From: Candidatus Latescibacterota bacterium
Lineage (GTDB): Bacteria > Latescibacterota > UBA2968 > UBA8231
Assembly: GCA_965243025.1 (NCBI GenBank)
Contig: CBDETY010000003.1
Location: 5,056,001-5,120,000 of the forward strand
Length of the DNA stretch: 64,000 nucleotides
Reading direction: 5' to 3'
Each line of letters begins with the position of its first letter. Within the stretch, counting starts at the first letter, position 1. Below, one piece after another: positions 29,648 through 38,548 of the stretch. The notes below the pieces were generated by a model. That model saw only the letters and a program-made list of their open reading frames with translations, did no database searches and was not told where the DNA came from. Both the position numbers and the translations under genes were made by a program.

Positions 29648-30235
29648 GTGATCCACGGGGGATCCGCTGGAGGACCGGAAAAGGGCCTCCCGAACCGCGG
29701 GGACTTCTCGAAGGCGGTGCTGCCCCTGGCAGCCGCGGCTCTGGCCGCTATCGCCGGCTGCGGCTCCAATGCGGTCTCCCCGGGGGACCGGGCCCCTGCC
29801 TTCACCTTGCCTGCAGCGGACGGAACCACCGTTTCATTGTCCGGTCTGCTCGACAACCGGGCCGCAGCCGTCCTGGTGTTTTACAGGGGGTTTTTCTGAG
29901 GTGGGTGCAAAGTCCAGCTAGGTGAGCTGGCAGAAGCCTACCCCGGGTTCCTGGAACGGAACGTGTCGCTGGCGGCCATCAGCACCGATAACCCCGCCAA
30001 GGGGCTGGAGATGGCAGAGCTCACCGGCGCCGGGTTCCCCATCCTTTCGGACCTCGACGCCGAGGTGGCCAGGGACTACGGGGTCTACGACCTTCTCAAC
30101 GACAGCCTGGCGACGCCGTCGGTCTTCATCGTCACTCCCGGGGGCCGGATCGAGTGGAGATACGTCGGGCAAGACATCTCCGACCGCCTGGCGCCCGATC
30201 AAATCCTCGCCGAGGTGGACCGACTTGCAGGGTGA
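29648..30235 (+). CDS. Selenocysteine-containing AhpC/TSA-like redoxin (UxxC), probable lipoprotein
   Basis: ORFs 29648-29899 and 29963-30235 are one frame interrupted only by TGA 29897-99: GDRAPAFTL...VLVFYRGFF-U-GGC-KVQLGEL...AISTD...FPILSD...PSVFIV; lipobox IAG-C; start may be GTG 29717. Confidence 0.88.
29900..29932 (+). promoter_or_regulatory. Putative bacterial SECIS element
   Basis: Perfect stem CCAGCT (29914-19)/AGCTGG (29925-30) with G-containing loop AGGTG, 20 nt after the in-frame UGA. Confidence 0.65.
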
Positions 30236-30296
30236 GTCACCGCAGTGGACGGTGAGGGGCTGATCAGGCCGGCCCTCGCAAATCCGTTCCGGATCC

Positions 30297-33200
30297 CTAC
30301 CTGACTATCACAAGGGGCCCTCGCTGCCGGATACGTCTGTTTCCCGCCGCCGCCTCGACCAGGTAGAGGTAGGTACCGTTGGCGACGAGGCCTCCGTCCG
30401 CGTCCCGGCCGTCCCACTCCAGCTGTCGGAACCCCGCCTCCTGTCGCCGCGGACCGAGCCGCACCACACGCCTGCCGCTGAGGCTGAAAAGCTCGACGCT
30501 CACCTCCGCCTCGTGCGACAGCACGTAGGTGAAGGCCGTCCGCTCCCTCACCGGGTGGGGGTGCACCAGCACGTTGGCCAGCGCCAGTTCATCGGCAACG
30601 ACGATTGCGAGTGTTTCCGAGCCGATTTCCCTGTCGCCGCTGAGGAGCCGCAATTGCAACTGGTGCCGGCCCGGGGGCAGATCCGGCCGGAACAGCACCC
30701 GCACCCCTGAATCCGGAGAGGCGGCGAAGGTCGAATCCGGCTGCCGCGGCGATCCGTCGACGGCGAGGAGGATCCGTCCCGATTCGACGAAGGGCCCGCG
30801 AATGAACAGCGCCTGACCCGGCAGGAGCGGATCCCCGTGCAGGAACGGCTCCCCCGCCGGCCACCGACGCGCGGAGAAACGGGGAGCATTCGGTTCCACC
30901 GGCAGCCGGATCGTGTTGTCCCCGGGGTGGGCGTCGGGCCGGCCGGGGATGAATACCCGGGCGACAACGGGGAAATCGTCCGGCTCCCCGACGAGCTCGA
31001 TGCGGACCTGGCCGGCTGCCCCGCGTTCCAGCGCAGGCAGTGTCCGGACACCCTCGGCTACGGCGCTCCCGCCGGCCAGCAGCTGGACGACCGCGCCGGT
31101 GACCGCAAATGCAGAAAGGTTGCGGACGGTTACGTCGGCGGCGAAACCGCTGTCGCCGGGTTCGACCGCGGCTGCAACGGCTTTCAGGTCGGGGGCCGGG
31201 TCCCACACCACCTCCCAGCGGTCCAGGGCGGCGGCAGCCCGCTCCCGCGTCGTGTCGCTCAAGGTGGCGTGCAGACGCAGCAGGGGATGGCGTGCGGCGT
31301 CGACCCCCGACAGATCGACCGCCCCGGGGGTGAGACCGGAGAATCCGGGCAGCGTGCTCCAGGCGCCGCCCTCGCGGGCCGACTGAAGGTCGATGGCCAC
31401 CGCACCGGAAGCCGCGACGGCCATGCTGTGCCAGCGTTCCGCAGGACCGATGGGACCGCTCCGGGCGGCCCCGGTAACCGGGATGCCCGTCCCGGAGTAG
31501 CGAAAGACCGCCGATCCCCGAAGGTCCCCCAGCCAGGCCTTGTTGTTGACCCAGTCGAACTGTCCCGTGATCGCGCGGGTGGTGTCCTGGTCGCTCATCC
31601 ATTCGTCGATGAAGCGGCCGTCCAGGGCGTCGACCATGCGAATGCGGTGCTGTCCGCCGAACTCGATGAAGTAGAGGCGTTCGCCGTCGGCGAGGATGCC
31701 GTCCGTCCACTCGAAAGTGAAGCCGGTCTCCGTCGGCGGGGAGGTGAATTCCCGCAGCAGCCGCCATCCATCGGCGGGATCGAAGACGCGAACGCCCCAG
31801 GCGGTGCGCATCCCGGATTCCGCGCTCATCGCCACGTTGTAGATGAACTCGCCGTCGGAGGTGATCAGGGAGTGTCCGTCCTCGACCTTGCCGGACTTCC
31901 ACTCGAGCAGGCCGTCCGGCACCGCCGCGGTATCGAGGCGTCCGGTCGCGAGGGATATACGCTCGATCTCGAAAGCGCGGCTGCTTTCGCTGTAGATGTA
32001 GCCGTCACCGTGGCAGGCTGCGGAGATGCCGGCAGTGGTCGAATCCCCGAAGACGCCGTAGTTGCGGGCCCGCACGGTTCCGTTCAGCCCGGTTCCGATG
32101 CGGGTGAAGAAGTCAATGCCGGGGTAGATGGTCGAGGAGTCGTTGAACCAGCGCTTGACATACAGGTAAGTCCCGTCGGTAACGAGCACTCCCGCGCCCT
32201 TCAGGCCGCGCACCGTGAACCCGTCCTCGCGGGTCGCGCTTCCCGGCCTGAGTGGGGATGAGCTGCGGGTGACCCGGAGCAGGTCCCTGTCGAGCTCGAG
32301 GGACTCGAGGCCGCCGCCGGCCATCTGCACCGCCGTCTGCCGCCAGCGCAACTGCTCACCGGGCACGGGGGCTTCCTCGCTGAGCCAAAGGGAGCGGGCC
32401 GCGCTCCAGGGCCCCGGGACAGCACCGTCCACCGCCCGGGCCCGCCAGAACCACGGGCCCTCGGGAAGTGCGGGGGCGAACACGGCGATTCCCTCTTCGA
32501 TCTCGACAGCCGGGGAAACGGTCGAGCTGTCCGAGGCGAAGTCGCCGGCGGTCGACAGCTGGAACTCGACCTGTCCCCCCTCCCCTTCGATAACCGCCTC
32601 GAAGCTCGCTGCCGCAACCGGAATCACCGCGCCGGCAGGCGGGAACAGCAGCTCCGGGACGAGGGGGGACAGGATGTCGACGGGGGCCGAGGCGGCGTTG
32701 TTGCCCTCGTCGAGCTCGGCCACGAGGTCTTCCGGGTCGAGGACGACCTCGAGCAGGTGCTCCCCGCGGCGGTCCCCGATGCGCCAATCGAAAGAGAGGC
32801 GGCGGCTGCCGACGAACGGGGCCTGGCGTTCGAGGTAGAGGGTGTCGCCGGTCGCCTCCCCGCGGGCGGCGACGAGCACGGTGACGCTGTCCCGGGTGGC
32901 GCGGGTGTTGTTGACAAGCACCGCGGTGACCGGAACGGTGCCGCCGCTCAGCAACTCTTCTCCCGTGGTGAGTTCCCGGGGCTGATAGTCGGGCAACCGC
33001 GGCAGGGCGAGCTCCTGGGCGGGGTCGCCGAACAGCTGCATCGTCAGGGCGGAAGCGGTCCAGGAAGGGTGCGCCGCCAGGACCCGGGCTTTGGCGGCGT
33101 TCAGGGCAGGGCCGAATGCGAGCCTTTCTTCCGTGAAGAACTGCCCGAACAGCTGCTTGCCCAGAAGGTCGTTCTGCGAGGTGAAGCTCTGCGCCGAGGC

Positions 33201-35825
33201 CGAGATGAAGGCGATCGAGCCGCCGTCGGCGCGGTCGGTGAAGACCTCGCCGATCGCTTCGGTGTGCGGGTTGACGAACATCCCGTTGAGGCAGGAGAGC
33301 GCCGTCACCAGCGGCAGGCGAGGGCCGTTGTCGACCTGCGACAGGTAGTCCCAGTCGGGGAACTGCAGCGAGAACACGTACTGCATCGTGCCGGCGGCGC
33401 CGTGGCCGTTGAAGTTCACCAGCAGGGCGCCGGCGTTGAGGGCGTCGAGGAATGCCTTTCCCGTCGGGTTGGGGAGGTGTTTCTCGTCGGGGTTGTAGAT
33501 CTTGACCGACTGCAACCCGAACGGCTCGCTGAAGCGGGAGGCCAGCTCGTCGCTCGGCCGTGTGAACTCGTTCTTGGGATGGTGGTTGGCCAGGTAGACG
33601 ACGCGGCTGCGCCAGTCCCCGGGGGCAGGTTCGGTGTCGTAGCCGACGATCTTGTCGACCACCCCCTCCGCTTCCACGGCGGTCTCTACCGCCAGCCGGC
33701 CGACGGCGACATCCGGGAGAAGGTCGTCGCCGTCGACCAGGCTGTAGAGGTAGTCGCTGGGAGAATTGCCGCGCCGGCGCGCGTCGTAGTAGAGGGTGGG
33801 GACAAAGCTGGGCCGGCCTCCCCCCAGCAGGTTGCGGTAGTCGAAGGTGGCGTCACCGAACAAAAGCACGTACTGCGGAGGCAGCTCCCAGTTGTGGTAG
33901 GCGTGAGAGATGAAGGCGCCGATCGCCTCGCGCAGCATCAGGCCGTGCGAGAACTCGTCGAAGATGTCCTCCACGTCGACGACTTCCGCGGAAAGGCCGC
34001 TGTCCCGGCGATGGCCGGCGAGCCTTTCGGCGGCGTCGAGAAAGTCCTCGTGGGAGATTACCAGGTAGTCGGCTCCCCGATGCGCCGTCCGCAACCCCGA
34101 AGGGGAATCGAGCGCGCCGCGGGGTGTGCGGATGCTGGCGCTGTCGACGATGACGTACTCGGCCCCGGTGTTGTTCCCGTCTTCGAAAATCGCTGTGTAG
34201 AGCGGAGCGCGGGCAGTGTCTATCAGCATCCCGGAAAAAACGATTTCCCGCGCCGTGTCGAACAGGTGGATTTCGGGATGGGAAAAGTCGAACACGACAA
34301 ACTGCGTGCCGGTCGAGGGTTCGTGGTTGAAGCGCAGGTATCCGGGCCAGGCCACGTAGCGGCTGCGGTAGTCGATCGCGAAGTAGTTGAACAGCGTCTG
34401 GTCCCGGCCTTCGGTGGCGCTGGCGAACGCCTGGACGAGCAGCCTGTTGGTCCCCTTCCTCAGGTACGTCGAGGGGATCTCCTCGTCGATCTCGAACTCG
34501 ATCTGCCCCTGCCAGCGATAGTCGCCGACCTGGTGGTTGTTCAGTTTGATCACCGTGTGGTGGGCGGGGGTCTGTCCGTGCAGGGCGACCCGCAGCCGGG
34601 CGTCGTACTCCTCCTCTCCAACAGCAGGGGTGGGCAGCTCTCCGGTGAACACCGCCGAACCGGGGGTGTCGACATCGAGACCGCGGATGGGACGCCGCCT
34701 CCAGAACCAGTGGTCGCGGATTATGTCCGGGGCATCCGCGAACACCTGAAACCACTGGTCCTCCTCGAAATGGGCGGTGGTCCAGTGGAATTGGGCGACC
34801 GGGTACCCGGCAACCGGTTCCGCGGTCTCGGGCTGGAACCGCCGTCCCGCCTCCGCTCCCCAGGTAAGCCAGTAGAAGTTTTCGCGGCCGTAGATGCTCT
34901 CGAAATCCTTTCCCCCTTCCTCCGGGGTCTTGTCGCGGCGGAAGCGGCCGACGAACAGCAGGTAGTCGCTCTCGTCGAACGACCCGTCCTCCTGCCCGAA
35001 GACCTGCAGAGGCTGCTCGCTGCCGAGGTGAAAAAGCCGCAAGGTGAGGGGGTCGATCTCCCCGGCGTCGACGGATCGCGCCGCGAGCCAGCGGCGGTCG
35101 ATGCGGAAGACGCCGTCGTGGGCGACCTTCACCTTTACCCAGGGGAGAGCCGGGTCGTACCAGCCGCCGCGGTCGTCGAGGCGGGCGCGCTTGGCCGCCG
35201 GCCGGGGGGGCATTCCGGCAGGCGGATTGAGGAAAGCCCCGTACAGGGGGGAGGGTCCGGGATCGTCGGCGCCCGGCTTGAATCGGCGGCTCCCGGAAAA
35301 ACGGACCGCTACCAGAAGGTCGGTGCAGACCGAGAGCCGCTGCATCCCCGGGTCGTAGGAGACCGGAAACAGACGCAGACCGTACGCGTCGACGCCGCGC
35401 AGGATGCCGAGGTACTCCGACTCGACGAGACCTGAAGGGCGTCTGGTTTCAGCGGAGGGGGAAGCAGGCGGAAGGTGGATTCCTTCGAGCTCTTCGAACC
35501 GGGCCTCGAGAACCTCGAGCTCGACGCCGGCCCCCGGGGGAGCCGCGATCAGGTGGGCGGCGAAAGGCAGCTCGATACCCCCGGGCGTGGCGAGCCTGGC
35601 CGGCAGCTCTGGAAACGCCAGCTCGTGGGTGAGTCTGCCGTCGACTTCGGAAGACGGCACGCGGCCTCCCTGCCGGAGGTCGAGGCGAAGCCGCAGGAGG
35701 AGGTCTCCCGACGGCGATTCGGTCAGCTCGAGCGGAGCCGCGGAAACGGAGGAGGAGAACAGTGCGAGCAGGATGAGCGATGCTCGCAACGGGAAGAGAT
35801 GGCAGGTGCGGGACAGTGGAGTCAC
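30297..35825 (-). CDS. Peptidase C25 (gingipain/PorU-like) with CARDB-like domains and C-terminal FlgD/T9SS-type domain
   Basis: Signal peptide; propeptide-like region; ADYLVISH, IFDEFSHG, YVLLFGDA, VAVGRL; catalytic NFNGHG and ALSC; LFGDP; ELDEGNN; tail HPHP...WDGRDADG..VANGTYLY. Confidence 0.88.
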   Translation of the reverse strand: MTPLSRTCHLFPLRASLILLALFSSSVSAAPLELTESPSGDLLLRLRLDLRQGGRVPSSEVDGRLTHELAFPELPARLATPGGIELPFAAHLIAAPPGAGVELEVLEARFEELEGIHLPPASPSAETRRPSGLVESEYLGILRGVDAYGLRLFPVSYDPGMQRLSVCTDLLVAVRFSGSRRFKPGADDPGPSPLYGAFLNPPAGMPPRPAAKRARLDDRGGWYDPALPWVKVKVAHDGVFRIDRRWLAARSVDAGEIDPLTLRLFHLGSEQPLQVFGQEDGSFDESDYLLFVGRFRRDKTPEEGGKDFESIYGRENFYWLTWGAEAGRRFQPETAEPVAGYPVAQFHWTTAHFEEDQWFQVFADAPDIIRDHWFWRRRPIRGLDVDTPGSAVFTGELPTPAVGEEEYDARLRVALHGQTPAHHTVIKLNNHQVGDYRWQGQIEFEIDEEIPSTYLRKGTNRLLVQAFASATEGRDQTLFNYFAIDYRSRYVAWPGYLRFNHEPSTGTQFVVFDFSHPEIHLFDTAREIVFSGMLIDTARAPLYTAIFEDGNNTGAEYVIVDSASIRTPRGALDSPSGLRTAHRGADYLVISHEDFLDAAERLAGHRRDSGLSAEVVDVEDIFDEFSHGLMLREAIGAFISHAYHNWELPPQYVLLFGDATFDYRNLLGGGRPSFVPTLYYDARRRGNSPSDYLYSLVDGDDLLPDVAVGRLAVETAVEAEGVVDKIVGYDTEPAPGDWRSRVVYLANHHPKNEFTRPSDELASRFSEPFGLQSVKIYNPDEKHLPNPTGKAFLDALNAGALLVNFNGHGAAGTMQYVFSLQFPDWDYLSQVDNGPRLPLVTALSCLNGMFVNPHTEAIGEVFTDRADGGSIAFISASAQSFTSQNDLLGKQLFGQFFTEERLAFGPALNAAKARVLAAHPSWTASALTMQLFGDPAQELALPRLPDYQPRELTTGEELLSGGTVPVTAVLVNNTRATRDSVTVLVAARGEATGDTLYLERQAPFVGSRRLSFDWRIGDRRGEHLLEVVLDPEDLVAELDEGNNAASAPVDILSPLVPELLFPPAGAVIPVAAASFEAVIEGEGGQVEFQLSTAGDFASDSSTVSPAVEIEEGIAVFAPALPEGPWFWRARAVDGAVPGPWSAARSLWLSEEAPVPGEQLRWRQTAVQMAGGGLESLELDRDLLRVTRSSSPLRPGSATREDGFTVRGLKGAGVLVTDGTYLYVKRWFNDSSTIYPGIDFFTRIGTGLNGTVRARNYGVFGDSTTAGISAACHGDGYIYSESSRAFEIERISLATGRLDTAAVPDGLLEWKSGKVEDGHSLITSDGEFIYNVAMSAESGMRTAWGVRVFDPADGWRLLREFTSPPTETGFTFEWTDGILADGERLYFIEFGGQHRIRMVDALDGRFIDEWMSDQDTTRAITGQFDWVNNKAWLGDLRGSAVFRYSGTGIPVTGAARSGPIGPAERWHSMAVAASGAVAIDLQSAREGGAWSTLPGFSGLTPGAVDLSGVDAARHPLLRLHATLSDTTRERAAAALDRWEVVWDPAPDLKAVAAAVEPGDSGFAADVTVRNLSAFAVTGAVVQLLAGGSAVAEGVRTLPALERGAAGQVRIELVGEPDDFPVVARVFIPGRPDAHPGDNTIRLPVEPNAPRFSARRWPAGEPFLHGDPLLPGQALFIRGPFVESGRILLAVDGSPRQPDSTFAASPDSGVRVLFRPDLPPGRHQLQLRLLSGDREIGSETLAIVVADELALANVLVHPHPVRERTAFTYVLSHEAEVSVELFSLSGRRVVRLGPRRQEAGFRQLEWDGRDADGGLVANGTYLYLVEAAAGNRRIRQRGPLVIVR

Positions 35826-35997
35826 GACGGTTTAAGGTACGAAACCGGAAGGGCTGAAATAGCTTGGCGGTCCGGGCATGGGCGGATTGCCGCCCCGGGG
35901 GTTTCGTTGCTCCCTACCTGTATCCTGTATATTAACCGCATCTTCTGAAAAAGGCAGGGACCGACAGCGAGTCATGTGCTTTTCAGGGACGCATGCC

Positions 35998-36567
35998 ATG
36001 CTGACAAGGAACGGATGGTGGCCGGCTTTTCTCCTTGCGGCGACATGGGGGAACGCGGAGCCTGCGGGAGAAGCCGCCCGGAACGAAGCGGAGGTTCCCG
36101 CCCCGGCCGCGGTGTACTGCACTCCGTCGGACGACCTGGCGATCCTGAGCTGGGCGAGGGTTTCGGGCGCCGCCGGTTACCAGGTCTGGGAATGGCCGGG
36201 GGATGGGGCTGCCGGGGAGGTGAAGCCGGAGTGGATTTCCCGCGAGCGGCTCGATCCTGAACAGGGAAGAAGCGAAATCCACCGAACCCGCCCTGTCCTC
36301 CCGAGGCTGGCGGTGTCGTCCCTGTTCCTCCGGGAGGGCGAGCTGGTTTCCTCTCGGCCGATTCCCGCGGTGTTCTCGCCAGCCCCCGGCTCGAGGCGGG
36401 AAGAGATGCCTCCCCCCTTCCCCCGCCGGGCTCTCCTGTCCCCGGATCGCGATGAGGCGGAATTCGCCATCTACCGCGAAAGAGCGGAAGATGCCCTGAT
36501 CGGCCTGATCCTGCAGCAGGGGTTTCGCTTCACCAGGCGGGTGTCCTTGCGGGCAAATCGATGCTGA
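35998..36567 (+). CDS. Hypothetical exported protein with FN3-like segment
   Basis: Short signal-like N terminus; LSWARVSGAAGYQVW resembles FN3 strands. Confidence 0.5.
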   Translation: MLTRNGWWPAFLLAATWGNAEPAGEAARNEAEVPAPAAVYCTPSDDLAILSWARVSGAAGYQVWEWPGDGAAGEVKPEWISRERLDPEQGRSEIHRTRPVLPRLAVSSLFLREGELVSSRPIPAVFSPAPGSRREEMPPPFPRRALLSPDRDEAEFAIYRERAEDALIGLILQQGFRFTRRVSLRANRC

Positions 36568-36722
36568 AACCGGATAATCCCGACAGCGATCAACCAGCTT
36601 CGGCGGAGCCGCCTGCAACCGACCCTGGAAAAAGCGGTTGAACGCGACTCTTTCCCGACGGCCACCCGCCCGTTAACGGGCGACCCGGAAACCTGCGGCC
36701 CTGCCGGACAGCACGCATTTCC

Positions 36723-38468
36723 TCACCTGATCAAAGTCGCCCGTCTCACGTCCTCGAAGTTGCCGGACCTGATCCGGTACAGGTAAACGCCGGTAGCCAG
36801 GCCGGATGCGTCCCACCTGACGGTCCGTTGTCCCCGGGGCATGAATCCCCGGACAAGGGTCCGTATTCTCCTGCCGCCGAGGTCGAAAACGGATATATCC
36901 ACCTCGGCCGGTTCCGGCAGGTAGCAGTTTATTCCCGTTGTGTGATTGAACGGGTTGGGAAAGTTCTGAGAGAGCGAAATTTCCCCGGCCGCGGGCCCGG
37001 CGGCGGGGCTGCTCACCTCGGTGCTGACCTTCTCTTCAACGACGTCGAAGCTGTAAGCCCATTCCGTGGCTACCATCGGCTTGGTCATCCTCTTTCCGTC
37101 GTTGCTGGTCGCTTCGACGTAGTAGTGAACCCGCGTTCCGGGAGGCTGCCCGGGAATGGTTGCGGTGAAACGGTCTCCACGCCGGTACGCCATCGGCACC
37201 TGCTCGAACCGCCCGGTATCGCCCGCCCTCCAGTGTAAAACCGCATCGGCAATACCGGATGCGGATTGAATGCGGGCATCGATTTCGTACCCCCCTGCCG
37301 GCGGCATCGAACCGGGGAGCCGGTCGTGGACGATCAGCAGGGGGTCGTCGGCGTAGATCTCCCTGGCCGCGCAGTGGATTCCACCTCCCCGCTCGGCAAA
37401 CCGGGAAGAAGGGACGGCCAGGATGCGATAGCCCGGCATGTGTTTTTCGTACAGCCGCAACGCCTCGGTGTCGGAAGGCGGATGGTCGAAGGTCGGAACA
37501 ATGACGGTCGCGTTGATGATCAGCGAGTTGATATAGGTCGCGTCGACGGTTTCATAGCTGCCGGCCCTGGATGGGCTGTTGGCAATGCGAACAAACCGGT
37601 AGGGCCGGCCGGAACGGGACAGGGTGCGGGACCGGATCGCCTCCACGGCGGCTTCGATTCTATTCTGATCGTCGCTTCTCTGTTCGTTGCCGAGATAGTT
37701 CGTTGCGGGGATTTCGCTGACGAAAAAGGTCTCCTCGTCGACGAGCTTCAGGTAGTAGTCGAGGTGGATCTGGTAGGGCGGCAATTCGACCAGTTCTTCA
37801 ATGCCGAACGACTCCTTCCAGATTTCCCACACCGTTTTCCGTTCCCTCGGGTTTTCAGGCTGATATCGGGAGTCGTAGAACAGTCTCCCCCTGCCGTCGA
37901 CGATGTAGTTGCCCCCGTCGGTGTAGTAGCCGGCGTCCGTATCGAACGTGTGAAGTGATTTCTGCATGAACCTGGCGGTGATTTCCCCGCCCACGTCGTT
38001 CCGCCAACCGAGCAGCTGCAGCGACTCGACCTCTTCCCGGTAGACGGAGAACGGACCGTTGTCCCTCAACCAGGGCTTGTAGATCCTGTCCTCCCGGTAC
38101 GACGGGAAAAACGGCACGACGTGGATTTCCGGCGCCTCCAGTCCCAGCTCGGACAACGTATCCGGCAGGCTGTAGGAGTTCGTCGTATCGTCGAGGATGT
38201 ACACCTCCACCCCGGTCTCCAGGAGAGCCCCGACCAGTTCGACGTGCTCTCCCACAAACTCCCGGCGGGCCCGGATCATCGTATCCGTCCAGCCTCCGAA
38301 CTCCTTTGCCTGGGACTGCTGCCAGAGGAAGTCGGCCTCGAACCACCCCAGCACCACCCCCTGGACCTCTTCCCATTCCGCCGGGGCTCTGGCCCGGGAA
38401 ACAGGCAGGGCGAAAAGATCCGGCGCAGCGAGGGCGAAAAGGGAGAGAATGACAGTTGCCCGGTTCAT
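36723..38468 (-). CDS. Secreted agmatine/peptidyl-arginine deiminase family protein with T9SS type-A-like C-terminal domain
   Basis: Signal peptide; PAEWEE, WLRDNGP, DGGN, HLD, YINSL, GGIHC; tail LSQNFPNPFN...VFDLGGRRI...LATGVYLYRI. Confidence 0.87.
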   Translation of the reverse strand: MNRATVILSLFALAAPDLFALPVSRARAPAEWEEVQGVVLGWFEADFLWQQSQAKEFGGWTDTMIRARREFVGEHVELVGALLETGVEVYILDDTTNSYSLPDTLSELGLEAPEIHVVPFFPSYREDRIYKPWLRDNGPFSVYREEVESLQLLGWRNDVGGEITARFMQKSLHTFDTDAGYYTDGGNYIVDGRGRLFYDSRYQPENPRERKTVWEIWKESFGIEELVELPPYQIHLDYYLKLVDEETFFVSEIPATNYLGNEQRSDDQNRIEAAVEAIRSRTLSRSGRPYRFVRIANSPSRAGSYETVDATYINSLIINATVIVPTFDHPPSDTEALRLYEKHMPGYRILAVPSSRFAERGGGIHCAAREIYADDPLLIVHDRLPGSMPPAGGYEIDARIQSASGIADAVLHWRAGDTGRFEQVPMAYRRGDRFTATIPGQPPGTRVHYYVEATSNDGKRMTKPMVATEWAYSFDVVEEKVSTEVSSPAAGPAAGEISLSQNFPNPFNHTTGINCYLPEPAEVDISVFDLGGRRIRTLVRGFMPRGQRTVRWDASGLATGVYLYRIRSGNFEDVRRATLIR

Positions 38469-38548
38469 TCCCGTCGCGCCGAATGCCCGGCCCCTGCCAG
38501 ACATCAGAGAAGGCCGCAGGGCTGTTTGCCCGCGGCGTCCGCCCCCAC

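Noticed and set aside
29897-29962. Reading the redoxin as two small genes or a nonsense pseudogene
   Set aside because: The stop is TGA exactly at the catalytic Cys position, both halves are intact and in frame, and a SECIS-like hairpin follows.
36565-36786. Possible Cys-Sec readthrough at the ...RANRC-TGA end of 35998-36567
   Set aside because: No redox-motif context, no clear SECIS hairpin, and the extension would run into the convergent deiminase gene.
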